Below the pieces are notes generated by a model. That model was not told where the DNA came from and made no database searches. It saw nothing but the letters and a program-made list of their open reading frames with translations. Position numbers and translations under genes: made by a program. DNA of 64,000 nucleotides from Azolla caroliniana (taxonomy: Eukaryota; Plantae; Polypodiophyta), in contig JBHGNT010000005.1 of the NCBI GenBank assembly GCA_043228905.1, positions 15,748,001 through 15,812,000 of the forward strand, in the 5' to 3' direction. This document shows, in pieces, positions 1-11,009 of the stretch. Positions within the stretch are counted from its first letter, which is position 1, and each line of letters opens with the position of its first letter.

Positions 1-3000
1 GCTACTGGAGCTACATCGAAGGAGCTCACGAATCACACCCCAACCCAACACACGTTGACTATCCCACTTGGGAGCAGGCCGCAAACCGTGTGTTGTATTG
101 CCTTGCATCATGTGTTCATGATCATATGCTTGGCTACATTCAAGAGGCAAAAACGTCGAACCAGGTGTGGGAAAACCTCAAAAAGATTTTCGCAGCCAAC
201 ACAGCTGCATGCAAGCTCCAGCTTCGTCAGGAGCTGAATAGCATCCAACAGAGGGACATGTCAATCTCAAGCTACACCTTAAAGATCAAGGAGCTATGTG
301 ACGCCCTCGGATCAATCAATGTCTTCATTGACGATGACGAACTGGTGCAGATATGCCTTGGAGGCTTAGCACCGCGTTTTGGTGCGATTAGATTGGCAAT
401 TCTTGCAAGGGAGAATCCTCCCTCCTTTGACCTTCAGTCGATATTGCTGGTCGAAGAGAATCACACTCGGTAGAGGAGCAACGCACTAGATGGTCACATG
501 CTCTATTCCCAGTCAGATGATAGAAGGAATTTCGGCCGAGGTCACAAAGGTCGCTTCGGACAAGGTCGTAATGATCGGCAAAATCAAGAGCGTAACTCTC
601 ACCAATGGCAAATGGATAGAAATGGTCCCAGAGAGTTCGGCGGAAGGGGGATTCATCACGTTGGACCAAGCAATCGCCGAAACCTAGTCGAGTGCGGGTA
701 TTGCCGAAAACCCGGCCATTACGAAGAGGAGTGCCGGAAGAAGAAACGTGAGGCAGGCCGACAACTGACAAATTATGCCACGAACTTCGACTACGGCGAC
801 CGTGGCGGAATGTTCATAATGAAGCACGAAGCACACTCGATGTCTGCATTTGCGACAACCAGCGCCTCCACTCCTAATAGTGTATGGTTTGTGGATTCGG
901 GAGCTTCCAATCACATGACTCCCCATGAAGATTGGTTTCGGGAATTACGGAAGCCAGAACGTCCCGGATATGTCGAAACAGGCGATGATATGACTCATCC
1001 AATATCGGGAATGTCCCATTCGGAAACGACTGCGAACAGACCTACCTCAAGAATGTACTACATGTTCCCACCATCACAAAAAATCTGGTCTCGGTAGGCC
1101 AGATTGTAGAACAAGGAATGCAGGTATGCTTCAACAATGATGGGTGCTTCATTGAAAAAGGAGATCAAATCGTAGCTCACGGCAGATGAGAAGGCCGTAT
1201 GTTCATCCTCGAGTCAAGTGAAGTAAAGTCGGCCATGTACACAAAAGGCCAGAAAGTCGAAACCGACTTAAAGTTGTGGCACAAGAGAATCGGCCACATC
1301 AATCTCTAGAAGCTTTAGAACATAGGAGTCGTAATCGGAGTCCCGAACTTTACGACAAAGGAGATCATAGGCGTGTGCGACGCATGCCAATTCGGAAAGC
1401 AATGCCGTCATCCATTCCCAAAAGACTGGAATGTAAGCAAAGGGATCCTGGATGTCATACATTCAGACGTGTGAGGACTAGCCCAAACAACTACTTTCGG
1501 CGGATGCCGTTACTATGTCACGTTCATCGATGACTTCTCCAGAAATACCTAGATTTATCCGATGAAGCAAAAGAGTGAAGTGTTCGGCCACTTCCAGAAG
1601 TTCAAAGCCGAATTGGAAAAAGCCATGGGCCGGCATGTATGCTACCTTCGATTAGATGGAGGCGAAGAATATTTTTCGGATGAGTTCTCGGCGTATCTCC
1701 GCCAGGAAGGAGTCTGACGAGAGTTCTCGTGTTGACATACACCTCAGCAAAACGACGTAGCTGAGCGTAAAAACCACCACATAGTAGAAGTCGCACGAGC
1801 CATGATAAATGAGAAGAACCTGCCGAAATCGTACTGGGCAGAAGCGACGAACACAGCTGTATACCTCATGAATAGGTGCACAACCTCAGGAGTACATGAA
1901 ATAACTCCTCATGAGAAGTTCTTTGGAAAGAAGATGGACTTATCGCATGTTCGCATTTTCGGCTCTATCGCCTATGTACATATTCCTGATGATACGCGGA
2001 AAAAGCTTGACCCAAAGTCGGAGAAATGTATCCTCGTAGGATACTCACTCGAACAGAAGGGGTACAAATGCTACAACCCATCTACCCGTAAGGTTCGAAC
2101 AAGTCGAGACGTAGTCTTTGACGAATACGCATCCTGGTACGCACCAGAGAACACCTTGACTCCAACCCTGCTCGACGCGGATGACACTGAAATAAGAATA
2201 GAAGCCGAAGATCGTCTCACGCATATGCACGAAGAAAGTCCAATTTCAACATGGCTAAGCGAACCACAAGAGTCCCCAAGTGATCAAAGCACATCTCAGC
2301 CGAGTCCACTGCTAGACAAAGGCAAGGCAAAAATGCAGGAGTATGAAGATCATTTCGATCTTGATAGTGAGGTCGAAGGCCTTGACATCCACACGGACAA
2401 CATGAAGAAACCCCTAGAACCCACAAATGACAAGCCACGCCGATCCACGCACGAGAAGAACCCCGTAAAACGTTACAACTACGACGAATACGTGGCGTAT
2501 CATTACACATTCATGATGAAGGTAGCGTCAGTACGGGAACCGAAAACGCTTTCCGTAGCCGCAAAGGATCCGCGATGGGTCAACGCGATGAATGAGGAGA
2601 TGGAAGCGTTATGCAAAAATGAGACATGGGATCTCATTCCTCTCCCCCCGAACAAGAAACCAATTGCTTGCAGGTGGATTTACAAGGTGAAGCACAATGC
2701 TGATGGCTCCTAAATCGCCTCAAAGCACGGCTCATTGCAAAAGGCTACGCATAGACATATGACGTAGACTACGAAGAAACCTTTGCCCCGGTGGCAGAGA
2801 TGATGACAGAACGAACCATAATCGCACTAGCAGCAACAAAAGGGTGGCACCTCCATCAGATGGACATGAAAAACGCTTTCCTCCAACGAGAGCTAGAAGA
2901 AGAGGTGTATATGACACAACCACCCAGATTCGAATCGCGCACTCATCCACACGTCGTATGCCGACTCAAGAAGCCACTTTACGGCCTCAAACAAGGACCG

Positions 3001-4083
3001 CGTGCTTGGCATTTGAAGAGCACGCAATATCTTCATCAAGTTGGATTTCAAATGTCAAAATCCGACACTTCCTTGTACATCCGAAACGAGCCGGATAGGC
3101 CGATAATCATCATCTTGTATGTGGATGATCTAGTCATCGGAGGAAAGGATCTCGCTGAGACTAGCGAAGTTAAATCACTTCTTCCTAGCAGATTTGAAAT
3201 GAAAGACCTGCACAAACTTCATTACTTCCTAGGTATTGAAGTAATTCGGACACGAGTCGGGATAATGATCTCACAACGGCACTACGTCCTCAACCTACTG
3301 TACAAATTTGGAATGACAGAGTGCAGACCTGTGACTACGCCTCTTGATCGCAATATCAAGATTGATGCCCGTTCCGGCACGGTCGAGACTGAACCAACTC
3401 AGTATCACCAACTGGTCGGTAGCTTGATCTATCTCACCATTACGCAACCCGACCTAAGTTATTCAGTCGGCCTACTTAGCCAATTCATGCAGAATCCGCG
3501 TAACCCTCATCTCGATTGTGCTAAGAGGATACTACGGTATGTCAGTACGACAATGGATCACGACATCCTGTATAAGTCGAATATGACCATTCGGCTTCAA
3601 GGGTACACAAACACGGACTGGACAGGATACAAAGAGGATAGACGATCCACATCCGGCTTCGTCTTCTCCCTTGCCAATGGAGCGATCTCCTGGAGCAACA
3701 AGAAACAACCGACAGTCGCATTGTCGAGCACTGAAGCTGAATATAGGGGCGCGACAGTCGCCGCATGCGAAGCTGTATGGCTTAAGCGTATACTAAAAGA
3801 TTTGGGCGTACCCATCAAAGATCCAATATGGCTGTATTGCGACAACATGAGCAACATCTACCTCGCGCGTAACCCCGTATTTCACGCGCGGACTAAACAC
3901 ATCGAAGTGCACTACCACTTCATCCGCGAGCGCGTCTAGGCCGGAGAAATTGACCTCCAACACATCTACACGCACCTACAAGTCGCTGATATCTTTACGA
4001 AGGCCTTAGGCATCGACAAACTCGGGCAATTTGCATCAGATCTTGGTCTCACGTCGTCCACATTGCCAAGCTTGAGGGGGAGT
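1..4083 (+). pseudogene. Copia gag-pol polyprotein pseudogene of element A
   Basis: ORF fragments 90-473, 498-1097, 1802-2713 and 2791-3939 separated by stops and frameshifts. Confidence 0.9.
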
Positions 4084-4154
4084 ATGCATTGATACATATG
4101 CATTAATACGCCGAACTTCAAACCGAACAGATGGAAGTTGTGTTCAAAGGGGCG

Positions 4155-4454
4155 TGTTGAGAATCGAACTCAACTTCCCATAGATAGGTTTCACACTAGC
4201 TCATGGACATTCCAGGCTAGTTTTGTAAATAGTAGAAAGGGCGCTTGCCTTAGCTTAGTTGATATATAAACCAACTCATTGTAACTTAGTCCCTGTTGGA
4301 TGTATCCCGTTTTGTTAATATCATATATACTTTTGTCTATCTCTGTCGCTTGATCTCTCTCTCTCTCTCTCTCTCTCTGCTGCTATACACACCCACACAC
4401 ATACGCTCACCTTTTGCTGCATTACAACCACTCTTGCCATTCCATTTCTTAACA
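4155..4454 (+). repeat. 3' LTR of copia A (300 bp)
   Basis: TG...CA termini, TATATAAA near 4263, (CT)n tract, preceded by PPT-like tract. Confidence 0.8.
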
Positions 4455-4804
4455 CCCGGGTGCAGATTGCTGTCCGGATTGGCCCGTACCTTTGTGCTAG
4501 ATCACCGAGGCAGATTTGTACCATCTCTTCTTCGTCCACTGTCACGTTGATGGACCCGAGTGCATCACAAATCTCCTTTATCTTGGTGGTGTAGTTTGTA
4601 ACCTACATGTCTCTTTGCCGGATGTTGTTCAGCTCTTGCCGGAGCTGCAACTTACGAGTTGTGGTACTTGCGGCGAAAATCTTCCGTAGATTTTCCCAAG
4701 CCTCCTTCGGTGTCTTTGCATCCTTGATGTAGCTGAGCATTTGATCATGCACACCGGATGCGAGACAGTACAGTACCCGACTCGCTCCTTGCTTGCATAC
4801 CGGG

Positions 4805-5106
4805 TGTCATGATATGGCAAGACTCGAACCCATGACCTTAGGTTATATGGGTCGAGCTCTTGACCATTAGAACATCTATTGTAATACGTAGGATATTATT
4901 TTCATTTACATTTTATTATAGGAAATTAGTGTATATTCCAGATTTCTCTGGAACATTCTAGAAGCTTCAGGATTACTCCTGAAAACACTATAAAAGAGGG
5001 CACTAGGCATTATGTTGAACCAAATTGGTTCAACGCCAGTCTTAAGCCTTTTAGCCACCGTTGTATATTCTCTTCTTATAATAAATATCTTTCTTATCAT
5101 CACACA

Positions 5107-5140
<34 letters not shown>

Positions 5141-5244
5141 GTCTCGCTCACTTCTTCCTTCTCTCGAAGAAGTTCCACACCTCTCATAGTACTAATCCTT
5201 CGTTCAATACTAATTCCTTCTCTGTCTCAGTACTGTTCATGACA
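4805..5244 (+). repeat. 5' LTR of chromovirus
   Basis: TGTCA...TGACA termini, TATAAAA at 4989-4995, direct repeat of 10046-10481. Confidence 0.97.
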
Positions 5245-5246
5245 GT

Positions 5247-5258
5247 TTGAACCAATTT
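5247..5258 (+). promoter_or_regulatory. Self-priming (Tf1-type) primer-binding site
   Basis: TTGAACCAATTT, not a TGG tRNA PBS; exact complement of AAATTGGTTCAA at 5022-5033, which starts 27 nt after the TATA box. Confidence 0.8.
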
Positions 5259-5317
5259 CCCTACCTTCTGTCTCTCTCATTTCCTACTAATCTTTTATTC
5301 CTCTTTTCTTTCATCCC

Positions 5318-6469
5318 ATGGCCACTGTTAGCGCTGAAGAATATCACTCTGTTTTCTCGGAATTCCAATGCTTGAAGGAGAAGTTCCATGCTTTGGAACA
5401 AGAAAACCAACGGTTGCTGGGGGATCTTCAGCAAATCTCCTTAGAAAAGCAGCAAACGCAACAACAACATGGGGAACTTGCGTTACGCGTGCAACAACTC
5501 GAAGCCACCATCGTAGCGATGCAACAACATGGGCCCGGAACACAAGGGATTCATAAAGAACCTAAGATTGGCCTTCCCACGAAGTTCGATGGAACGCGAT
5601 CGCAGTTTAGAGGGTTCCTTAACCAGGTACGATTAGTTATTCAAATGCATCCTTCCCGATATCCCACCGATGCATCACGAGTGGGTTTAGTAGGCACTTT
5701 GTTAAGTGGCTCAGCGTTGTCATGGTTCGCTCCACTATTAGAAAAGGAATCTCCGTTACTCAACAATTTTGAAGAGTTTCTGGGTGAGTTTAAAGCATGT
5801 TTCGGAGATACTGACAGCATTAGGACCGCAATCAACAAAATCCGGCGATTACGCCAAGGTGACCGTCCAGCCTCCGCATACGCTGCAGATTTTCGCCTAC
5901 TCGCCGCCGATATCCCTTGGGATGATCAAGCATTGATGGAGCAATTCCGTTATGGTTTACGCAACGACGTCAAGGATTTACTCTTGACCTTCCCCGAAGA
6001 GCCAAAGTCCTTAACAGAAGCAATCAGTCGCGCGGTGAGATGTGACAACCGCCTCTTTGAGCGACGTTCGGAACGACAGCTACAGATGCCGAGGGCAAGA
6101 TCAGAGCCCACCTACGCCTCAGTGGTAGCAAGACCTTTTCCGAGGGAGTCATATAATGCGTCTCCAGCGAATACTCCGACTCCGATGGAGATTGACACTA
6201 CACGTCGTCGAGGGCCGTTATCCGAAGAAGAAAAGCAGCGACGCCGTACAAATCGACTATGTCTTTACTGCGGTGGACCAGGACATATCGCAATAAATTG
6301 CCCCCATAGGCCAAGAAGACAGGTAAACCAAATAGTCGCTAGTTCTAATTGTACTAAATCCGAACCTATTTCAGTAGGGATATCTGATAGTCCTAATAGT
6401 ACTAATATCCCAGATCTAGCAAACAAATTTGATGTCCTTAGTCAGTTAGAAGAAGAGTTAAACGACTAA
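5318..6469 (+). CDS. gag: Gag (coiled coil, retrotrans_gag capsid, CCHC knuckle)
   Basis: 383-aa ORF with PTKFDG..FRGFLNQ, TPMEID and CLYCGGPGHIAINC motifs. Confidence 0.95.
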   Translation: MATVSAEEYHSVFSEFQCLKEKFHALEQENQRLLGDLQQISLEKQQTQQQHGELALRVQQLEATIVAMQQHGPGTQGIHKEPKIGLPTKFDGTRSQFRGFLNQVRLVIQMHPSRYPTDASRVGLVGTLLSGSALSWFAPLLEKESPLLNNFEEFLGEFKACFGDTDSIRTAINKIRRLRQGDRPASAYAADFRLLAADIPWDDQALMEQFRYGLRNDVKDLLLTFPEEPKSLTEAISRAVRCDNRLFERRSERQLQMPRARSEPTYASVVARPFPRESYNASPANTPTPMEIDTTRRRGPLSEEEKQRRRTNRLCLYCGGPGHIAINCPHRPRRQVNQIVASSNCTKSEPISVGISDSPNSTNIPDLANKFDVLSQLEEELND

Positions 6470-9400
6470 GTCCAGCCAAAATAGGAGCCGTTTGGTTGGA
6501 CAGCCCTAGATCTGTGCAGCCCATTAGTGGTTCCATTCCCTCTAAGCAAGTTAGTGATGTGTTCGTAGCCCAAGTAATAGTTAGTACTAAAAGTACCCCT
6601 CCAGTACATGTCCTAGCACTCCTAGATTCCGGAGCTAACTCTTGCTTTATGGATAAGAAATTTGCTCAAGCTCATAAGATATCCCTAAGAAAACTCCAGT
6701 GTCCAGCCTCTGTAGTAGTCATTGATGGACGTCCCATTGCTTCCGGAAATATCCTAGAAGAGTCAGAGCCCATTAATATTGTCCTAGATAACTTAGTATG
6801 TGTAGTATCATTTAATATTATTAGTATCCCAGAACATCCTATAGTTTTAGGACTACCGTGGTTCGAGTTACATAACCCTGACATAGATTGGAGAACAAGA
6901 GAAATCCGGTGTCGACAAACCCAAGGGTCAACTCAGAAGATGGCAACCATTTCGCTACGTCAGTTGCGTAAAGAAGGGCACAAGGAGGAAATGTTCCTCT
7001 TTGCAATATCAGTAAACCCCTCCAACACCACTAAAGAAGAATCCACCGTTCAACTTCCCGAGAAGTATCGCCATTACACCGATGTGTTCGATAAAGTACA
7101 AGCCAACACACTTCCTCATCATCGACCGTACGATTGCCCCATCGATTTACAACCGGGAAAAGAGCCGCCATGGGGACCGATATACAATTTGTCACCAACC
7201 GAGCTGGAAGTCCTTCGGGCCTATATAGAGGAGAATTTGGAAAATGGTTTCATTCGGCATTCGAAATCTCCAGCCGGTGCGCCCATTTTCTTCGTCAAGA
7301 AAAAAGATGGATCGCTTCGTCTCGTTGTAGATTACTGTGGCTTGAATAAGGTTACAATCAGGAATATGTATGCTCTTCCCCTTATCTCAAGTCTTTTAGA
7401 ACGGATCAATGGTGCCAGGTTCTTCACGAAGATCGACTTACGGGGAGCATATAACCTCGTACGGATCCGACCAGGAGACGAATGGAAGACCGCGTTTCGC
7501 ACCAGATATGGGCACTTCGAGTATACTGTCATGCCGTTCGGCCTCACTAATGCGCCGGCAGTCTTCCAGCACATGGCTAATGATATATTCCGAGATCTAT
7601 TGGATGATTGTTTGATCATCTATTTGGATGATCTACTGGTTTATTCAAAGACCCAAGAAGAACATGATTCTCATGTACTATTAGTACTAAAACGACTTCG
7701 AGAACATGGTCTGTATGCAAAGCTAGAAAAATGTAGTTTCGGGTGCAACCAAGTGGAATTTCTCGGCTACATCATTTCGTCAGAAGGCATCTCCATGGAC
7801 CCAGCTAAGGTCAGAACGGTGGTAGAATGGCAGACTCCGCGTTCGGTACGGGATGTGCAATGCTTCTTAGGCTTTGCCAATTTTTACCGGAAGTTCATAC
7901 AGGATTACTCAAAGATCGTTCTACCTCTCACACAACTTACCAGGAAGGGACAACCGTTCACCTGGTCTGAAGAAACGGACATGGCTTTCGAGAGTCTTAA
8001 AAAAGCATTTACATCGGCTCCAATTCTAGCTCATGTCGATCCGGAGAAACCATTCATTATCGAAGCTGACGCATCGGATTTTGCATTGGGGAGCATTCTG
8101 TCACAACAGGGGAATGATGAAAAGCTACATCCTGTGGCTTTTCACTCACGCAAGTTTGATGCCGCCGAAATCAACTACGAAATCCATGATAAGGAGCTAT
8201 TGGCAATAGTGGATTCTTTTATGCAATGGAGGCATTTTCTGGAGGGATCCTCTCATCCAGTCACCGTATTTAGTGACCACAAGAATCTTGCCTACTTTCA
8301 GGATGCTCGTGTGTTGAATCGACGTCAAGCTCGGTGGGCCCACTTCCTCACGCGTTTCGACTTCAAAATTACATATCGTCCGGGGAGGCACCAAGGGAAG
8401 GCAGATGCATTATCACGGCGTTCGTATCTAGCACCCCGTCCCGGCGAGCCAGCTTTCGATAACCAAAAACAAGTCATCTTGGGACCGGCACGATTACAAG
8501 CAACACAAATCTTTGACATGCCTATGGATTCCCGCGTTATCGATACCATACGTGAAGACTTGAAGACAGATGCGTTCGCCCAAGCTATACTAGCACAAAT
8601 TGATCCCTCTCGAGCGTCGTGTTCACAGTCGCAACCACCAGGTACGGACTATCGGCAATTCAAATACCATGATGGATTACTCTTCTTTAAAGAACTTTTG
8701 TATGTTCCTAATGGTTCTTGCCGCCTTCGAGTAGTACAAAACTGTCATGACACATATACAGCTGGGCATTTTGGTAGTACTAAAACATTACATTTAGTAC
8801 AACGATCATTCTGGTGGCCCTGTATGCGACAATTTGTCGAGGATTTTGTTCGGACTTGTGATACATGTTGCAGAGCGAAAATGCCAAGGCATCATCCATA
8901 TGGTTTATTAGAACCATTATCAATTCCAAGCAAGCCGTGGCAATCCATTGCTCTAGACTTCATCACAGATCTTCCAGTCTCTAAGGGGTTCAATGCGATT
9001 CTAACGGTGGTCGATCGAAATACGAAGATGGCTCATTTCTTGCCATGTACTAAGGAGATCTCCAGTGAAGACACTGCCGAAATTGTCATGCGTGAAGTAT
9101 GTCGGCATCATGGACTCCCCGATAGTATCATCAGCGACCGTGGACCCCAGTTCGTGTCAAAATTCTGGAAGCACCTTTTTAACATGCTCAAGGTCACTTG
9201 TAACCTCTCTTCCGGCTACCACCCACAAACTGACGGCCAAGCTGAACGAACAAATCAAACGTTGGAGCAGTATCTGCGGTGCTTTCTCAGCTATCATCAG
9301 GACGACTGGACAGATATTCTCCACTTCGCCGAATTTGCCTATAACAACTCTATCCACGCATCCACTAAAGTTACGCCATTTTATGCTTATACGGGATGTC

Positions 9401-10053
9401 ACCCCCGGTGGAGTGTACTTGAAACCCCAGAGGTGTCCACAAATCCGTGCGCGGAGGATCGTTTGGAGCGGTTACGCAAGATACAAGCGGATTTATCTAC
9501 TCATCTCCAGCAAGCTCAACAAACACACAAGGTCTACGCGGATCGTCATCGACTTCCATCTAGTTTTAATATTGGAGATCGGGTGTGGTTGCTACGACGA
9601 CACATCAAGACTACTCGCCCATGTGAGAAGTTGGATTATCGGCGATTGGGTCCTTTCCGTATTATTGGAAAGATTAATGATGTTGCTTTTCGTCTCGATC
9701 TACCTCCTCAACTTCGGATACATCCGGTGTTTCATAGTTCTCTCCTCGAACCCTACCACGAGAGCACCATCCCAGAACGTCTTATCCAACCTCCACCCCC
9801 GATCGAGCTTGAAGATGGGCCGGAGTACGAGGTTGCCGCCATTCTTGATTCCAAGATTGTTCGCAACAAGCTCTACTATCTAGTCGATTGGCTAGGCTAT
9901 AGTCCCAGCGAACGTACTTGGGAACCGATCGAGAATGTAACCAATGCTCGTGCTCTTCTTGAAGACTTCCATCGTCAATATCCACACAAACCGAGTCCTC
10001 AATCCAAGACGACTCGTGACACTCGTCGTTTTAAAGGGGGGATAGTGTCATGA
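6457..10053 (+). CDS. pol: Pol (PR-RT-RNaseH-integrase-chromodomain), probably expressed by -1 frameshift
   Basis: LLDSGA protease, YLDD RT, DASD RNaseH, HHCC and DDE integrase, GPF module, C-terminal chromodomain (EYEVAAILD..YLVDWLGYSPSERTWEP); frame is open from the slippery site at 6457. Confidence 0.95.
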   Translation, partial: VKRLSPAKIGAVWLDSPRSVQPISGSIPSKQVSDVFVAQVIVSTKSTPPVHVLALLDSGANSCFMDKKFAQAHKISLRKLQCPASVVVIDGRPIASGNILEESEPINIVLDNLVCVVSFNIISIPEHPIVLGLPWFELHNPDIDWRTREIRCRQTQGSTQKMATISLRQLRKEGHKEEMFLFAISVNPSNTTKEESTVQLPEKYRHYTDVFDKVQANTLPHHRPYDCPIDLQPGKEPPWGPIYNLSPTELEVLRAYIEENLENGFIRHSKSPAGAPIFFVKKKDGSLRLVVDYCGLNKVTIRNMYALPLISSLLERINGARFFTKIDLRGAYNLVRIRPGDEWKTAFRTRYGHFEYTVMPFGLTNAPAVFQHMANDIFRDLLDDCLIIYLDDLLVYSKTQEEHDSHVLLVLKRLREHGLYAKLEKCSFGCNQVEFLGYIISSEGISMDPAKVRTVVEWQTPRSVRDVQCFLGFANFYRKFIQDYSKIVLPLTQLTRKGQPFTWSEETDMAFESLKKAFTSAPILAHVDPEKPFIIEADASDFALGSILSQQGNDEKLHPVAFHSRKFDAAEINYEIHDKELLAIVDSFMQWRHFLEGSSHPVTVFSDHKNLAYFQDARVLNRRQARWAHFLTRFDFKITYRPGRHQGKADALSRRSYLAPRPGEPAFDNQKQVILGPARLQATQIFDMPMDSRVIDTIREDLKTDAFAQAILAQIDPSRASCSQSQPPGTDYRQFKYHDGLLFFKELLYVPNGSCRLRVVQNCHDTYTAGHFGSTKTLHLVQRSFWWPCMRQFVEDFVRTCDTCCRAKMPRHHPYGLLEPLSIPSKPWQSIALDFITDLPVSKGFNAILTVVDRNTKMAHFLPCTKEISSEDTAEIVMREVCRHHGLPDSIISDRGPQFVSKFWKHLFNMLKVTCNLSSGYHPQTDGQAERTNQTLEQYLRCFLSYHQDDWTDILHFAEFAYNNSIHASTKVTPFYAYTGCHPRWSVLETPEVSTNPCAEDRLERLRKIQADLSTHLQQAQQTHKVYADRHRLPSSFNIGDRVWLLRRHIKTTRPCEKLDYRRLGPFRIIGKINDVAFRLDLPPQLRIHPVFHSSLLEPYHESTIPERLIQPPPPIELEDGPEYEVAAILDSKIVRNKLYYLVDWLGYSPSERTWEPIENVTNARALLEDFHRQYPHKPSPQSKTTRDTRRFKGGIVS

Positions 10054-10343
10054 TATGGCAAGACTCGAACCCATGACCTTAGGTTATATGGGTCGAGCTC
10101 TTGACCATTAGAACATCTATTGTAATACGTAGGATATTATTTTCATTTACATTTTATTATAGGAAATTAGTGTATATTCCAGATTTCTCTGGAACATTCT
10201 AGAAGCTTCAGGATTACTCCTGAAAACACTATAAAAGAGGGCACTAGGCATTATGTTGAACCAAATTGGTTCAACGCCAGTCTTAAGCCTTTTAGCCACC
10301 GTTGTATATTCTCTTCTTATAATAAATATCTTTCTTATCATCA

Positions 10344-10377
<34 letters not shown>

Positions 10378-10481
10378 GTCTCGCTCACTTCTTCCTTCTC
10401 TCGAAGAAGTTCCACACCTCTCATAGTACTAATCCTTCGTTCAGTACTAATTCCTTCTCTGTCTCAGTACTGTTCATGACA
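10046..10481 (+). repeat. 3' LTR of chromovirus
   Basis: Direct repeat of 4805-5244, preceded by PPT, followed by TSD. Confidence 0.97.
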
Positions 10482-11009
10482 CCGGGAAGTCTTTATGTGA
10501 CGGCTCCAGTGCTACTTCATTTGTTCCTTCCACGAAGCTCCAATATCCATGCCCCAGCAGGTACTAGTGCATTTTATATGACCAGGACGCATAGTTGCTC
10601 CGTTCGAGCTTCTTTGTTGGAAGTGAACTCACCATTCCTCTGTCCATATCTTCTCTCTATTTGTTGCTACCGGGTTCCAGGGTTCGTCTACGGAAGCAAA
10701 TGTCGGTTGCAGAGGTTCTCAACCCTCGCGCTCTGATACCATGTGAATGTTAATGTGCGGAAGCGTCAGACATAACCGGCTCAACCGGATAGCAACAGAA
10801 AATGAGATGAAGGTTTAATGGAAAAGCTTAACACACAGAGGAGATAAAGAGAGCAGAACATAAAACTATATTCAAAAAATTAACTCTAAAACTTTGTACA
10901 CACAAGTGCTAAACAACACTATTTATACAAGTCCATAAAGGACTGACAGGTACTTCAATGCTCACACGTGCGACTGACACTAACTACGAGACAATGATTA
11001 CCTAATAGT

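Larger units (their letters stand above)
1..4454 (+). mobile_element. Ty1/copia LTR retrotransposon A (5' part outside window), degenerate
   Basis: Copia order gag(CCHC)-PR(WFVDSGASNHM)-INT-RT(LYVDDL)-RNaseH(RTKHIEVHYHFIRE); purine tract AAAGGGGCG then 3' LTR TGTTG...TAACA; followed by CCCGG and a minus-strand copia gag. Confidence 0.92.
4805..10481 (+). mobile_element. Full-length Ty3/gypsy chromovirus (Tcn1-like), apparently intact and young
   Basis: LTRs 4805-5244 and 10046-10481 differ only by microsatellite length and about one substitution; perfect 5-bp TSD CCGGG (4800-4804 / 10482-10486); PPT 10033-10045; open gag and pol. Confidence 0.97.

Noticed and set aside
9065-9883. 272-aa ORF overlapping the chromovirus integrase in another frame
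   Set aside because: No recognisable motif; alternative-frame ORF of a real coding sequence, and no second copy to test conservation
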